Positions 39,182 through 48,641 of a stretch of DNA of 64,000 bases are shown one piece after another. Source of the stretch: an uncultured Gammaproteobacteria bacterium (GTDB taxonomy: Bacteria; Patescibacteriota; Microgenomatia; Levybacterales; UBA12049); the NCBI GenBank assembly GCA_964408485.1, contig CAYOZJ010000001.1:92366-156365 (forward strand). The letters run 5' to 3'. Position 1 is the first letter of the stretch. Each line of letters begins with the position of its first letter. Position numbers and translations under genes: made by a program. Below the pieces are notes generated by a model. It did not search any database, was not told where the DNA came from, and saw only the letters and a program-made list of their open reading frames with translations.

Positions 39182-41104
39182 TTACATTATTCTTCTTTTC
39201 TGGATAGGAACGCTCATGTGAAATGTTGAGCCTTTTCCTTCACTACTGTCTACCCAAATTTCTCCACCTAACCGCTTCATAATTTCGCTAGAGATATACA
39301 ACCCTAGCCCAAGACCGGGGAATGTTTCTGTACTTGGTCCGCTTACCCTAAAAAATTGCCTAAAGACACTTTTTTGTTTTTTCTTTGGTATCCCAATGCC
39401 AAAATCTCTAACAGCAATTTCTACACTGGATTTCTTTACCTTTGCAGTTATGATAATTTCTTTTGCATTTGGTGAGTACTTAATTGCATTAGAGAGGAGA
39501 TTAATGATAACTTGCTCAGTCCTCTCTTTGTCTCCATATACTTCTCTTTTAATATTTCCCTGAAGTACAATTTCATGTTTTTCTGTTGTTAACTGCATTG
39601 ACTCAACAGTATCTCGAAGCATGCTATCAAAATCAAAAAAATCAACATTTAATGGAAGCTGCCCTGATTGCATTTTTGTAATATCAAGCAAATCGCCAAT
39701 CAAATTAGTAAGCTTGGTTAGCTGTCCATTCATTTTATCTAAAAGCTGTAAGGATTTTTCATCCCCTCGACGCTGCGCAAAAACGTGTAATACGTGAGTA
39801 AATCCCTTAAGCGATGTGAGAGGCGTTTTTAGCTCATGCGATGCGGTTGCAATAAAGTTATCTTTTTGTTTTTCTAATTCTTTCTGTCCTGTGATATCTC
39901 GAGTAATATTGGAAACCCCAATGACCTCACCCTTATTATTCGTAACAGGAGAAATACTCATCGAGACAGGAATAGTTTGCTTATTCTTTTTTAACCGCAA
40001 TGTTTCTATGTGTTCTATGCTTTTCCCTTTACCAATTTGTTGAATAATTTCCCCTTCTTGTTGACGTAAATTTTTCGGAATAATAAGATTAATGGACTGC
40101 CCAACAGCCTCTTTACTTGTGTATCCGAGAAGTTTCTCCGCACCTTTATTCCATGTTGTAATAATTCCTTCCAATGTTTTACCCATAATTGCATCTTCTG
40201 ACGATTCAACAAGCGCAGCTAAACGGTACTTTGCTTCCTCCTCCTGCTTTTTTTCAGTAATGTCATCTATCGTGGAAACAGCAGCAATAATCTGATTTTT
40301 GGCATTTTTAATTGGCGCAGCACTGACACGAAGAAAAACGTGCTTTTTGTCTTTCCTCACATATTCTATTTCTTCAGAGCTAATTGTTTCACCTTTCGTC
40401 AGAGCCCTCGTAATTGGCCAATCTTTTGCCTCCAAAAATAGATTTCCCCGCAAAGCACTCGAAGACTTACCATCCTTTCGCAAGCTTGTTTTTATTTCCT
40501 TTCCCAAAAAAGAAATCAGCTGCTTATTTCCTTCTACTCTTCTTTTCTTATCTACAATGAGTACCCCTATGGGCAACTGCTGCATAATCGCAGAAAGTCG
40601 TCTCTCATTTTCCTCGGCTAGTATACGTGCTTCCATTTCTCGACCTATCAAAATGTCTATTGCGTGCTTAAGATACGCAATGACTGTAGACATACCAAGA
40701 TATACAATTCCCAGAAGGATTGTTGTTTGAATCCCTGAATACAGTTGACTTCCTGAGTACTGCTTGGAAAGAATAATAAAGAGGTAATACAACACTGTCA
40801 TTCCAACGGTAGTAAAGCCTCCCACAAAAGCATCGCGAAAAGAAAAATACAGAATAAGCGTGATAGACATTACGATAACAATGCCACTGTATAAACCGTT
40901 GTTATGAAGAATAAAAAAGGATAAAACTTCAATAGCAATGAATACAATAAGACTTACTAAAAACGGGAAACCAAATGAGTACCTTTGCACACCTAATCTA
41001 CTAAATGGATTGATGTAATAGGAAAAATTTCGCAAAAGCGATTTGTGTAATTTTTCTTCTATTCGCTGTTCTATTCTATTAAGAAGGGTCACGTGAGCCA
41101 GCAA
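39182..41104 (-). CDS. Sensor histidine kinase with membrane N-terminus and PAS domains
   Basis: H-box HELKTPLTSL, N/G1/G2 boxes (NLLSNAIKY, DFGIGIP, GLGLGLYIS). About 5 N-terminal TM helices and two PAS-like segments. Confidence 0.9.
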   Translation of the reverse strand: MLAHVTLLNRIEQRIEEKLHKSLLRNFSYYINPFSRLGVQRYSFGFPFLVSLIVFIAIEVLSFFILHNNGLYSGIVIVMSITLILYFSFRDAFVGGFTTVGMTVLYYLFIILSKQYSGSQLYSGIQTTILLGIVYLGMSTVIAYLKHAIDILIGREMEARILAEENERRLSAIMQQLPIGVLIVDKKRRVEGNKQLISFLGKEIKTSLRKDGKSSSALRGNLFLEAKDWPITRALTKGETISSEEIEYVRKDKKHVFLRVSAAPIKNAKNQIIAAVSTIDDITEKKQEEEAKYRLAALVESSEDAIMGKTLEGIITTWNKGAEKLLGYTSKEAVGQSINLIIPKNLRQQEGEIIQQIGKGKSIEHIETLRLKKNKQTIPVSMSISPVTNNKGEVIGVSNITRDITGQKELEKQKDNFIATASHELKTPLTSLKGFTHVLHVFAQRRGDEKSLQLLDKMNGQLTKLTNLIGDLLDITKMQSGQLPLNVDFFDFDSMLRDTVESMQLTTEKHEIVLQGNIKREVYGDKERTEQVIINLLSNAIKYSPNAKEIIITAKVKKSSVEIAVRDFGIGIPKKKQKSVFRQFFRVSGPSTETFPGLGLGLYISSEIMKRLGGEIWVDSSEGKGSTFHMSVPIQKRRIM

Positions 41105-41128
41105 ATTATAGCATATGTATGCAAGAAG

Positions 41129-42658
41129 TTAGACAAATCCTGGAAAGAAATCTTTCTTTATGTGGAATTGAGAAATACCAATTTCCTTAAGCGTTTTTTC
41201 AAATCCCACAACCATACCATGTGGACCGGACAGATAAAAGAGTCTCTCTGTAAAATCTGGAATTTCTTTTCGTATCATATCAGGAGTAATTCTCCCAACC
41301 TGCCCTTTCCAATTTTTTGGCACACTGTCTATATCGGTAAGTGTGTAGATTGTTTTTACTCCAATTTTTTCGCCAATTTGGAAAACATTTTTATACATTA
41401 TTTCCGAATCCGCTTTATTGGAATACATAAGGATAATATCTCGCTTTTCGTCACTATCTATACAATATTTAATCATGCTTCTGAAAGGTGTTATTCCTAT
41501 ACCACCGGCTATAAAGACAAGCTTTTTCTCTAACGACTTTGGCAATGTAAACTCACCACCAAGACTTCCCACTGTAATACTGTCTTTGTCTGAGAGATGG
41601 TGCAAAGCGCGCTTAAAACTACTCCCATTTTCATAAAATTTTACTCCCAAATGAATTGCATTTTCTGTTGGAGAAGATGCAACAGTAAAATACCGCCTGT
41701 TTCCCCTGCTGTCAGTGCTCGGGTGCTTAAGTGTCCACTCCATGTATTGTCCTGGCATAAAGTGAAGCTTTTCTTGAGACGCAAAAACAAATTCCACTTC
41801 GTCTGCACCATATTGTGTTTTTTCTTTCAAATGCAACAGAAGCTTTTGTTTAGGACTTACAATATACGAAAAAATATTTGCAACAACTAATGTTAGCTCT
41901 GGTGAAGAATAAAAAGCGCCAACATGGATATGTGGATCAATAAGCAAAACAACTATTGTCCCGTATACTACTTGTAACAATTTTGTTGGTGGAGATGTAA
42001 GTGGTTCTGTTAACATAACAGTTGCAAAAAATACAATTGCAGAATCTAAGAAAAGTGAAGTAACACTGCTATACATAGGTGTCCCCTGCCAAATTGCAAA
42101 GAGAATAGTTATACCAATAACTCCGAGAAGAAATACAGAAATAAGAATAACTTTTTGAAGTTTTTTAAGGATAAGAAATCCGCCAATAGCGACAAACGGC
42201 AACATAACCGCAGTTCCAATCCACCAACTTGCATATCTCCCTAAAATAAATGCTGTTAAAACAACAGCAATTGCCGCGGGATTAAAAAGATGCTTTTTTT
42301 TGATTGCTAAAATATATTTTGACGCCATGGCAAAAACGCCAGCAAAAATAAAAAATGGAATATCCCTGACAGAAGTCATGGGAGTAATAATAAAAGTGAG
42401 AATAAGTGCGGTAATGTATACAGATTCTACATTCGTTGGCGCTTTAAAAAGGAATGCAAGTATCTTATTGCTTATCCAACAAACAATTGTCAAGAAAAGT
42501 GAAGAAAGTATGAGCGCACCTGGTGAGTAGGAGAGTAATCCACCATATGAAAGGATTGCTGCACACGCTACCCAACCAATTAAAACATACAGCACTACAC
42601 GGTACATGGTAATTCTGTCTAAAAAATTATCTAAAAGATTCAACATAAAAATCGTCAT
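41129..42658 (-). CDS. Fusion protein: RnfD/NqrB-like polytopic membrane domain plus C-terminal FNR-like FAD/NAD(P)-binding oxidoreductase domain
   Basis: N-terminus has KHLFNPAAIAVVL and MLTEPLTSPP, resembling the RnfD/NqrB FNPA and TDPVT motifs. C-terminus has FNR motifs RRYFTVASSP (RxYS), GGIGITP and SGPHGMV. Confidence 0.65.
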   Translation of the reverse strand: MTIFMLNLLDNFLDRITMYRVVLYVLIGWVACAAILSYGGLLSYSPGALILSSLFLTIVCWISNKILAFLFKAPTNVESVYITALILTFIITPMTSVRDIPFFIFAGVFAMASKYILAIKKKHLFNPAAIAVVLTAFILGRYASWWIGTAVMLPFVAIGGFLILKKLQKVILISVFLLGVIGITILFAIWQGTPMYSSVTSLFLDSAIVFFATVMLTEPLTSPPTKLLQVVYGTIVVLLIDPHIHVGAFYSSPELTLVVANIFSYIVSPKQKLLLHLKEKTQYGADEVEFVFASQEKLHFMPGQYMEWTLKHPSTDSRGNRRYFTVASSPTENAIHLGVKFYENGSSFKRALHHLSDKDSITVGSLGGEFTLPKSLEKKLVFIAGGIGITPFRSMIKYCIDSDEKRDIILMYSNKADSEIMYKNVFQIGEKIGVKTIYTLTDIDSVPKNWKGQVGRITPDMIRKEIPDFTERLFYLSGPHGMVVGFEKTLKEIGISQFHIKKDFFPGFV

Positions 42659-42725
42659 TCTGGCTTGTCCAGAATCTGATCATACAGAAAGATCCTGGAT
42701 GCGCTCCGCTTACCAGGATGACAGT

Positions 42726-43469
42726 TTAAACAACATATTTCTCAAATCCACTTGTCATGGTTGCAATACCATTCGTATCTATCATATATCCTTCAAGTCC
42801 CTTTTGTCTTTCAAGAAATTGTACGCTCATTTTCTGCATAGCAAAACAAGCAGTTGCAAACCTGTCTGCTTCATAAATATTTGGACCTATTACTGTCAAA
42901 CTAACGATAGTTTGTAACGGAGCACTCGGTGCAAAAGGATTATACACATGTTGGCCACGTACATATGTGCCAGTTGTTGCAATACCTTCTGTTGCCAAGC
43001 AAACACGTTTGATAATTTCTGATTGATTGAATGGATTTCTTATCCCAACTGTCCATTTTTCTCCTTTTCCATTTTCCCCTGCTACTTGTATATCCCCTCC
43101 CGCATCAATAAAAAAGTTTTTAAATCCATCACGTGTTAGTTGCTGTGCAGCTTGCCAAATTGCCCATCCTTTAACCATACCTGATGGATCAATGAGTCCA
43201 TTTAATTTTTTAATATCAAAGTAACCATTTGTTTCTTGCTTAGTCAGTTCTGATAAATGTAAAACTTCTTTCATTTCTTTTGAAAGATCTTTTTCCTTTA
43301 TTTCGTGACGGTTAAGCTTTGAGATTTCGCTATTTTCTTTATAGGTGCTAAATCTGTTATCTATTTCTTGAAAATAGGCAAAGATTGCATCGATATCTTT
43401 TTGAGATGCTTTTCTATCAACAATCTCAACGGTTATGGGCATACCCATGAGAAGTCTTGTCTCATGCAT
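42726..43469 (-). CDS. apbE: FAD:protein FMN transferase (ApbE family)
   Basis: RLLMGMPITVEIV N-terminus, IDAGGDIQVAG motif and the conserved ApbE C-terminal Mg/FAD-binding region. Confidence 0.8.
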   Translation of the reverse strand: MHETRLLMGMPITVEIVDRKASQKDIDAIFAYFQEIDNRFSTYKENSEISKLNRHEIKEKDLSKEMKEVLHLSELTKQETNGYFDIKKLNGLIDPSGMVKGWAIWQAAQQLTRDGFKNFFIDAGGDIQVAGENGKGEKWTVGIRNPFNQSEIIKRVCLATEGIATTGTYVRGQHVYNPFAPSAPLQTIVSLTVIGPNIYEADRFATACFAMQKMSVQFLERQKGLEGYMIDTNGIATMTSGFEKYVV

Positions 43470-43475
43470 AGAAGA

Positions 43476-43922
43476 TTAATTTGCTTGTGCTAAGGCGGAT
43501 GCTAAAGATTTTTGAAACGCTTCTGTATCTTGTGTTGCACCACTGACAATGTCTACCTGAGAACTTTGTACAGCAATCGCCTCCTGCTTAAGAAGAGGTT
43601 TTGCAAAATCAGTTACTTCCTGTGTATGTCCAAATCCCTCTCCAGGCATCTGAAGGAAAATAACATCAGTCAATTTTCCCCCACTAATTACTGCTTTTAC
43701 CTGAATTGGTCCATATCCCCTGTCTGCCTGCACTGTGTTGCCTGTATACGTACCGTCCTTATACGTTGTCGAACTAGAAGAAGGGGTTGGTGTATTCCCA
43801 GAAGAGTTACCAGGTGTTGGAGTCGGAGTCCCCATCATATCTTGATCACCTTTTTTCAAATAAAAGAATGCGCCACCACCAATAATAAGTAAGATAACAG
43901 CAGCAAGTAAAACTTTTTTCAT
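43476..43922 (-). CDS. FMN-binding domain (FMN_bind, NqrC/RnfG-like) exported protein with SGAT flavinylation motif
   Basis: Signal anchor, a Thr/Pro/Ser linker, then YKDGTYTG...GGKLTDV...VDIVSGATQDTEAF. The Thr in SGAT is the canonical ApbE flavinylation site. Confidence 0.75.
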   Translation of the reverse strand: MKKVLLAAVILLIIGGGAFFYLKKGDQDMMGTPTPTPGNSSGNTPTPSSSSTTYKDGTYTGNTVQADRGYGPIQVKAVISGGKLTDVIFLQMPGEGFGHTQEVTDFAKPLLKQEAIAVQSSQVDIVSGATQDTEAFQKSLASALAQAN

Positions 43923-44033
43923 GTTGTTCCATTATTCTAAAAATCCTTTATGAATGCAAGATGAAAAATGAAGATGAGATCCTTCGTTATCGCTCAGGAT
44001 GACAAAAGAATTTTAAAATTATAAATCCTTTTG

Positions 44034-44495
44034 TCAATTTTGACTTTGCGTCATTCCATTAGGAAGAGTTTGTGATTGGGATTGACTATCACTATCTTGA
44101 TTTTGTGACTGACTGCCTTGTGAATTAGAACTACTTTGTGATTGATAATACCAAACAGTCGGTTGAGTTGTATATGTTGTTGTAGTTGTCGTTGTTGTCG
44201 TATTTACTCCACCTTTTGTTGTGCTTCCTTTTTGAAAGGACGGTGTTGGCCCCGATTTAATCGGGGTTGGTGTTGGAGTTGATGCAACAAATCCATATGG
44301 TGTTGGTGTTGGGGAAATTGTTGGAAAAGATGAAGGCTGTGTTACTACTGGCTTTTTATTAAAAAATAATCCTCGAATAACAAAAAATAGGATAAATATA
44401 ACAACGATTACTGCCACAATTCCTAAGATAAGTCGTCCGCGTGATCCTTCTTCTTCCATGACCGGTAGTATAGCACTTCCGAGGCTAATTGACAA
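44034..44495 (-). CDS. Membrane-anchored Thr/Ser/Gln-rich low-complexity protein. Contains the PIKSGP palindrome insert.
   Basis: TM helix plus a TPTPTPIKSGPTPS segment encoded by CCCCGATTTAATCGGGG (44250-44266). Poly-Thr and SQSQ repeats. Confidence 0.4.
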   Translation of the reverse strand: MSISLGSAILPVMEEEGSRGRLILGIVAVIVVIFILFFVIRGLFFNKKPVVTQPSSFPTISPTPTPYGFVASTPTPTPIKSGPTPSFQKGSTTKGGVNTTTTTTTTTYTTQPTVWYYQSQSSSNSQGSQSQNQDSDSQSQSQTLPNGMTQSQN

Positions 44496-44524
44496 TATAG
44501 GACGCTCCAGGACTAGTTTTGAGG

Positions 44525-44929
44525 CTATTTTTTACTTTCAGGCTGGAGAAGACCAAAGATATTTCCTTCTGTATCCAGACACATTGCATTCATTCCAACG
44601 CCTGGAATATTTTGAGGTTGGCTTGTCGACTTACCCCCATTCGCTTTTACTTTTTCTAAAATGTCTGTCAAGTTTTCTACCTGAATTGTGCAGACATACC
44701 CATTACTTGCCTCGCCACGCGGTACTGCTCCTTTCCCTTTTCGTGGAAATAACCCACCATTAATTCCGCCACCTGGTTTGTTACTTCCCCATTCAGGCGC
44801 CCCAGTACTTACCATCCAATATTCTTGATCTCCCCACTGTTTTAATTCCCATCCAAAAACAGATTCATAAAACTTCTTTGCGCGAGCTGGGTCATCTGCT
44901 TGAATTTCAAAGTGAACAACAAGATTCAT
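44525..44929 (-). CDS. VOC family (glyoxalase/bleomycin-resistance fold) protein
   Basis: HFEIQADDPARAKKFYESVFGW N-terminus with the typical VOC beta-alpha-beta-beta-beta pattern. Confidence 0.65.
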   Translation of the reverse strand: MNLVVHFEIQADDPARAKKFYESVFGWELKQWGDQEYWMVSTGAPEWGSNKPGGGINGGLFPRKGKGAVPRGEASNGYVCTIQVENLTDILEKVKANGGKSTSQPQNIPGVGMNAMCLDTEGNIFGLLQPESKK

Positions 44930-44967
44930 TATTTTTTACTGTATACTACTTTTAGGGAATTTTCAAT

Positions 44968-45555
44968 ATGAATATACTACAAATTTTAGGAATCTCTGCG
45001 GGAATTATTAGCACAATCGGAGGAATCCCCTACATCATAGATATTTTCAAACGAAAAACAAAACCCGAGCGCGCAACATGGTTTATTTGGTCAATACTTG
45101 GAGGAATTGCATTTTTCTCGCAACTTGCAAAAGGAGCAACAAACTCTTTATGGATTACAGGATTTGAATCTGTTGGCCAGGTTATTATTTTCATATTGTC
45201 CCTGCGATATGGATACGGAAAATTTAAGAAAAAAGATGGCATTACCCTTTTTATTGCACTGATAGGACTTATTATTTGGTTTGTAACCAAAGAAGCAGTA
45301 TACGCGCTCTACATTATTATGACAATAGATTTTATTGGATCTATTTTAACTATTCAAAAGTCATACCAGGATCCAGAAAGTGAAACACTCAGCACATGGG
45401 TGCTATCAACTATCGCAGGATTTCTATCAATTCTATCTGTAGGGAAATTAAATATTTTTCTCTTAAGTTATCCTGTATTTATATTTGTCATAAATGGGAC
45501 AATAGCTCTGGCAGTTATTTTTGGAAGGAAAAATCAAAAAAAAATTAAGAAGTAG
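44968..45555 (+). CDS. Integral membrane protein, hypothetical (~6 TM)
   Basis: Hydrophobic helices throughout. Confidence 0.45.
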   Translation: MNILQILGISAGIISTIGGIPYIIDIFKRKTKPERATWFIWSILGGIAFFSQLAKGATNSLWITGFESVGQVIIFILSLRYGYGKFKKKDGITLFIALIGLIIWFVTKEAVYALYIIMTIDFIGSILTIQKSYQDPESETLSTWVLSTIAGFLSILSVGKLNIFLLSYPVFIFVINGTIALAVIFGRKNQKKIKK

Positions 45556-45783
45556 ACTTATCTTGTTTGTGTGTTCTAATTAATCCTTCTTGTATAAGTG
45601 ATGCTATTACTTCTTGTGCTTGAGCCTGAGTTATTCCACCTAAAACTTGTGTATTAGGATCTATTATTTTTCTCATTCTCCTCTCCACTTTTCTCCTACC
45701 CCTTTCTGGTTTTGGTGGAAACTGAACAACTTCTCCAGTCATAAAGGTATTATAGGATAAATTTTCTCTTGTGTCGAGCAGGT

Positions 45784-46338
45784 TCAATGTGCAGAAGATG
45801 AAGCAGTAGGAGCTGCTGTTGGCGACCCTGTATACGTAAATGTCCTCGTAAGGGTTTTCTGATCCGAGCTAACAGTGCTATTTACCCGCAAGTTAAATTG
45901 CACTTGTCCACTTGGCAAATTATAGAGACACGGGCTAGAGTTACCAAAATCAGACCATGCCCCTCCATTAATTCGATACGACCACACAACCGAACAATAC
46001 GTTGCGTCTGAGTATTGAATTGTTATACAGACTGGATTATCACTCACGCTGTCCCCTTCTTGCGGAGATGTAATACTAATAGGTCCTACTGTTTTTTGGC
46101 ATGACGGAGAAGATGTTGGCTGATTAGATGCATTTTGCGGAACAATAATAACCTGAGGTGATGGAGAAGCAGAAGGTGTTACCGCTTTATTTTGATGAGT
46201 AAGACTTGTCCAATTAAGGATAATTGCTGTAACAAGAACAGGAATAGAAAGAATACCAATCAACCAATCTAAATGTATTTTTTGAAGTCGCACTCTGGCA
46301 AACCTCTGCCAAGCTCGTTGCATTTTTGCAATATTCAT
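45784..46338 (-). CDS. Membrane-anchored exported hypothetical protein
   Basis: TM helix near the N-terminus, then a Ser/Thr/Pro-rich and Cys-containing ectodomain. Confidence 0.4.
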   Translation of the reverse strand: MNIAKMQRAWQRFARVRLQKIHLDWLIGILSIPVLVTAIILNWTSLTHQNKAVTPSASPSPQVIIVPQNASNQPTSSPSCQKTVGPISITSPQEGDSVSDNPVCITIQYSDATYCSVVWSYRINGGAWSDFGNSSPCLYNLPSGQVQFNLRVNSTVSSDQKTLTRTFTYTGSPTAAPTASSSAH

Positions 46339-46401
46339 ACCTAATTCTTAGTATATATCTTAAATACAAACTTGGAAACCCTTAAGAAAACTATTCGAAG
46401 A

Positions 46402-47022
46402 TTAGTATCCGGTTGGAGCACCATATTGTTGCATCATTTGCTTTACTTGCTCTTGAGACATACCTGTTGGAGCACCGGACGGCATTGCTTTCATCATTTC
46501 AGACATATCGGTAAATTTTACGTCAGTTGGAGGTACAAAAAGCTCATCATCAACTACTGCGACCTTACAGGAATCCTTGAATTTTTCAAGCATAGAGAGT
46601 GCATTTGAGCCTTGATTTTGCGCAGATTCCGTTGACTTCACTGCCGAACTCGTTGGCATAGGAGTAACCGTAATGCTGGGAATAGTCATAACACTTCCTG
46701 TTTTACTGCTTACCTGCCAAAAATAGATTTTTTTGTCCTTCATTATCATGCTTTGTGCATCAGGCTTTTGTGGGTTGGTATCTACGCGTACTGCTCCTGA
46801 CTTTATGTAGGCTGTTGTTGCTGTCCCATTGTCTGCAGTAAATTGACACTGCAAAGAAAGATTGCGTGTTAACGCATCTTGAATAGTATTAAAAACTCCC
46901 CCGTGCTCTTCTCCGGCCATACTCGGTGATTTCACACTATGTGCAAATTTATAATATGCAAGACTACCTGCAGCAATGAGGAGTAAAACAATAACCAGAA
47001 GTCCCCACATCCACTTTTTCAT
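46402..47022 (-). CDS. Secreted hypothetical protein
   Basis: Signal peptide MKKWMWGLLVIVLLLIAAGSLA. Confidence 0.45.
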   Translation of the reverse strand: MKKWMWGLLVIVLLLIAAGSLAYYKFAHSVKSPSMAGEEHGGVFNTIQDALTRNLSLQCQFTADNGTATTAYIKSGAVRVDTNPQKPDAQSMIMKDKKIYFWQVSSKTGSVMTIPSITVTPMPTSSAVKSTESAQNQGSNALSMLEKFKDSCKVAVVDDELFVPPTDVKFTDMSEMMKAMPSGAPTGMSQEQVKQMMQQYGAPTGY

Positions 47023-47082
47023 TTCATAATGAGCGTAGTAAAATTTTTATTCCTTGTCAATACATGCTACACTTTTATTGTC

Positions 47083-47385
47083 ATGGAAGAATCAACATCT
47101 CGAAAAAAAGAAATTCTAGAACTTCGTTACGAAGTACTTCGGAAAAGAAAAGAAATCATGCCAAGTATTTGGCTTTTTATTGGACTTTTGTGGGGACTTC
47201 TTCTTAATTTGTTAGCCAATATTATTCACGATATGTTTAAGTCGCTCAATTACTGGCTGTATGTAGAAATAGTTTTTGGACTTACTGTCTTAACACTCAT
47301 TATCTTTTTGTGGTTTTTAAATAAATATTATTTTGCCCCAATAGAAAAAGATCGTGAAGAGATTAGAAAATTAGAAGAATTGTAA
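47083..47385 (+). CDS. Small membrane protein, hypothetical
   Basis: Two predicted TM helices. Start trimmed to MEESTS. Confidence 0.3.
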   Translation: MEESTSRKKEILELRYEVLRKRKEIMPSIWLFIGLLWGLLLNLLANIIHDMFKSLNYWLYVEIVFGLTVLTLIIFLWFLNKYYFAPIEKDREEIRKLEEL

Positions 47386-47386
47386 C

Positions 47387-48037
47387 CTACTTATCGTCGA
47401 AGATATGAGACGTTGACATTATTACTGCACCAACTGTCACTCCATTACTATCTTTAACTGGTACTACTACTTCATCTACTCCTGCTGGATAATCTGGACT
47501 TTTTTCTGTAAATCGTCTTGGCTTGCCGTCTTTTATGGTCTGTAAATCTGCATTTCCACCATTGGTATACATTTTCCCAACATTTGCAGGAAGTGTATCT
47601 GCCAAAACAAATTGATGCGTATCTTCGACAACAATGTCACGTCCTGTTTGGTGAGATAAAAGTGAAACTAGTTTTTGCAGACTCTCTTTATCTGTCCACA
47701 ACACCTTTCCTGTGGGTACATTTACAATAGTTGTTGCAAGCATCTGAGCATCCTCTGTTGCATCTGCTCCAATATATTGCTGCTTACTTGCCATTGCCGC
47801 TTGCTGAGCAAAGAAATACATTGCACCCTTTAACTTTTCATGCTTGAATACTAAAACAACTACAGCCAAAACCAAAACAACGCAAAAAAGAAGAACAACT
47901 GCATTAAGAAAAATATGAAGCTCTGGTCCAACCTTCTTTATAACTTTGTGTAACATTATATATCTATCATGCACACAAATATTTTTATCTGTCAAGGGCT
48001 TCTTGGTTCTTATTCGCCAATCTGCTGTTTTGTGCAT
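47387..48037 (-). CDS. Membrane-anchored hypothetical protein
   Basis: One TM helix (residues ~45-65) followed by a soluble domain. Confidence 0.4.
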   Translation of the reverse strand: MHKTADWRIRTKKPLTDKNICVHDRYIMLHKVIKKVGPELHIFLNAVVLLFCVVLVLAVVVLVFKHEKLKGAMYFFAQQAAMASKQQYIGADATEDAQMLATTIVNVPTGKVLWTDKESLQKLVSLLSHQTGRDIVVEDTHQFVLADTLPANVGKMYTNGGNADLQTIKDGKPRRFTEKSPDYPAGVDEVVVPVKDSNGVTVGAVIMSTSHIFDDK

Positions 48038-48226
48038 GAAGAGTGAATAAATGACTCAGGGGGATTCCTCGCAAACTTGTCGAGGAAGGGGTGAAATCCC
48101 CCGAGGAATGAGTGAACGATGAAAGCACAAAACGAGGCTTGGCAGGAGGCTTTGGTACTTTCGCCGGAACGAAAGTACGGAAAAAGAAAATTATTTAAGT
48201 CTTTATATCCTTCGACTCTGCTCAGG

Positions 48227-48640
48227 ATGACAAAATATACTGTTTTAGATATAATCATACCCATGACAATTGATGAAATTAGACATGCATTTGGGGGCAG
48301 GTTGGTTGGGACAAAGATTCTGAAAGAAAATGTTTGCGAGGTTGTTGCCCTTCTTCCCCAGGATTTACAGGAATATGTAACAGAATATGTGTGGTTTGTG
48401 GGATCTATGGAGGATGCATGGGGATACACCTTTACCGGCAATGATCTAGCAGACCAACATTTAATTTTCTTGGGCGACGATCTACTCCGAGAGGACAAAG
48501 ATCAAATTCACTGGTCTATTGCTCATGAAATAGGACATGTTGTCCTAGGACACAAAAATAATATTTTTGTAAAACAAAGTAAGGTTGCTATTGGTCATCA
48601 GGAAGAAGAAGCAGATGAATTTGCCAGTAAGTACGCGTAA
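48227..48640 (+). CDS. ImmA/IrrE family (DUF955/COG2856) zinc metallopeptidase-like protein
   Basis: HEIGHVVLGH followed by E..EADEFASKYA matches HExxH...E..A..FA. Start trimmed to the ATG inside the upstream repeat copy (MTKYTVLD...). Confidence 0.55.
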   Translation: MTKYTVLDIIIPMTIDEIRHAFGGRLVGTKILKENVCEVVALLPQDLQEYVTEYVWFVGSMEDAWGYTFTGNDLADQHLIFLGDDLLREDKDQIHWSIAHEIGHVVLGHKNNIFVKQSKVAIGHQEEEADEFASKYA

Positions 48641-48641
48641 C

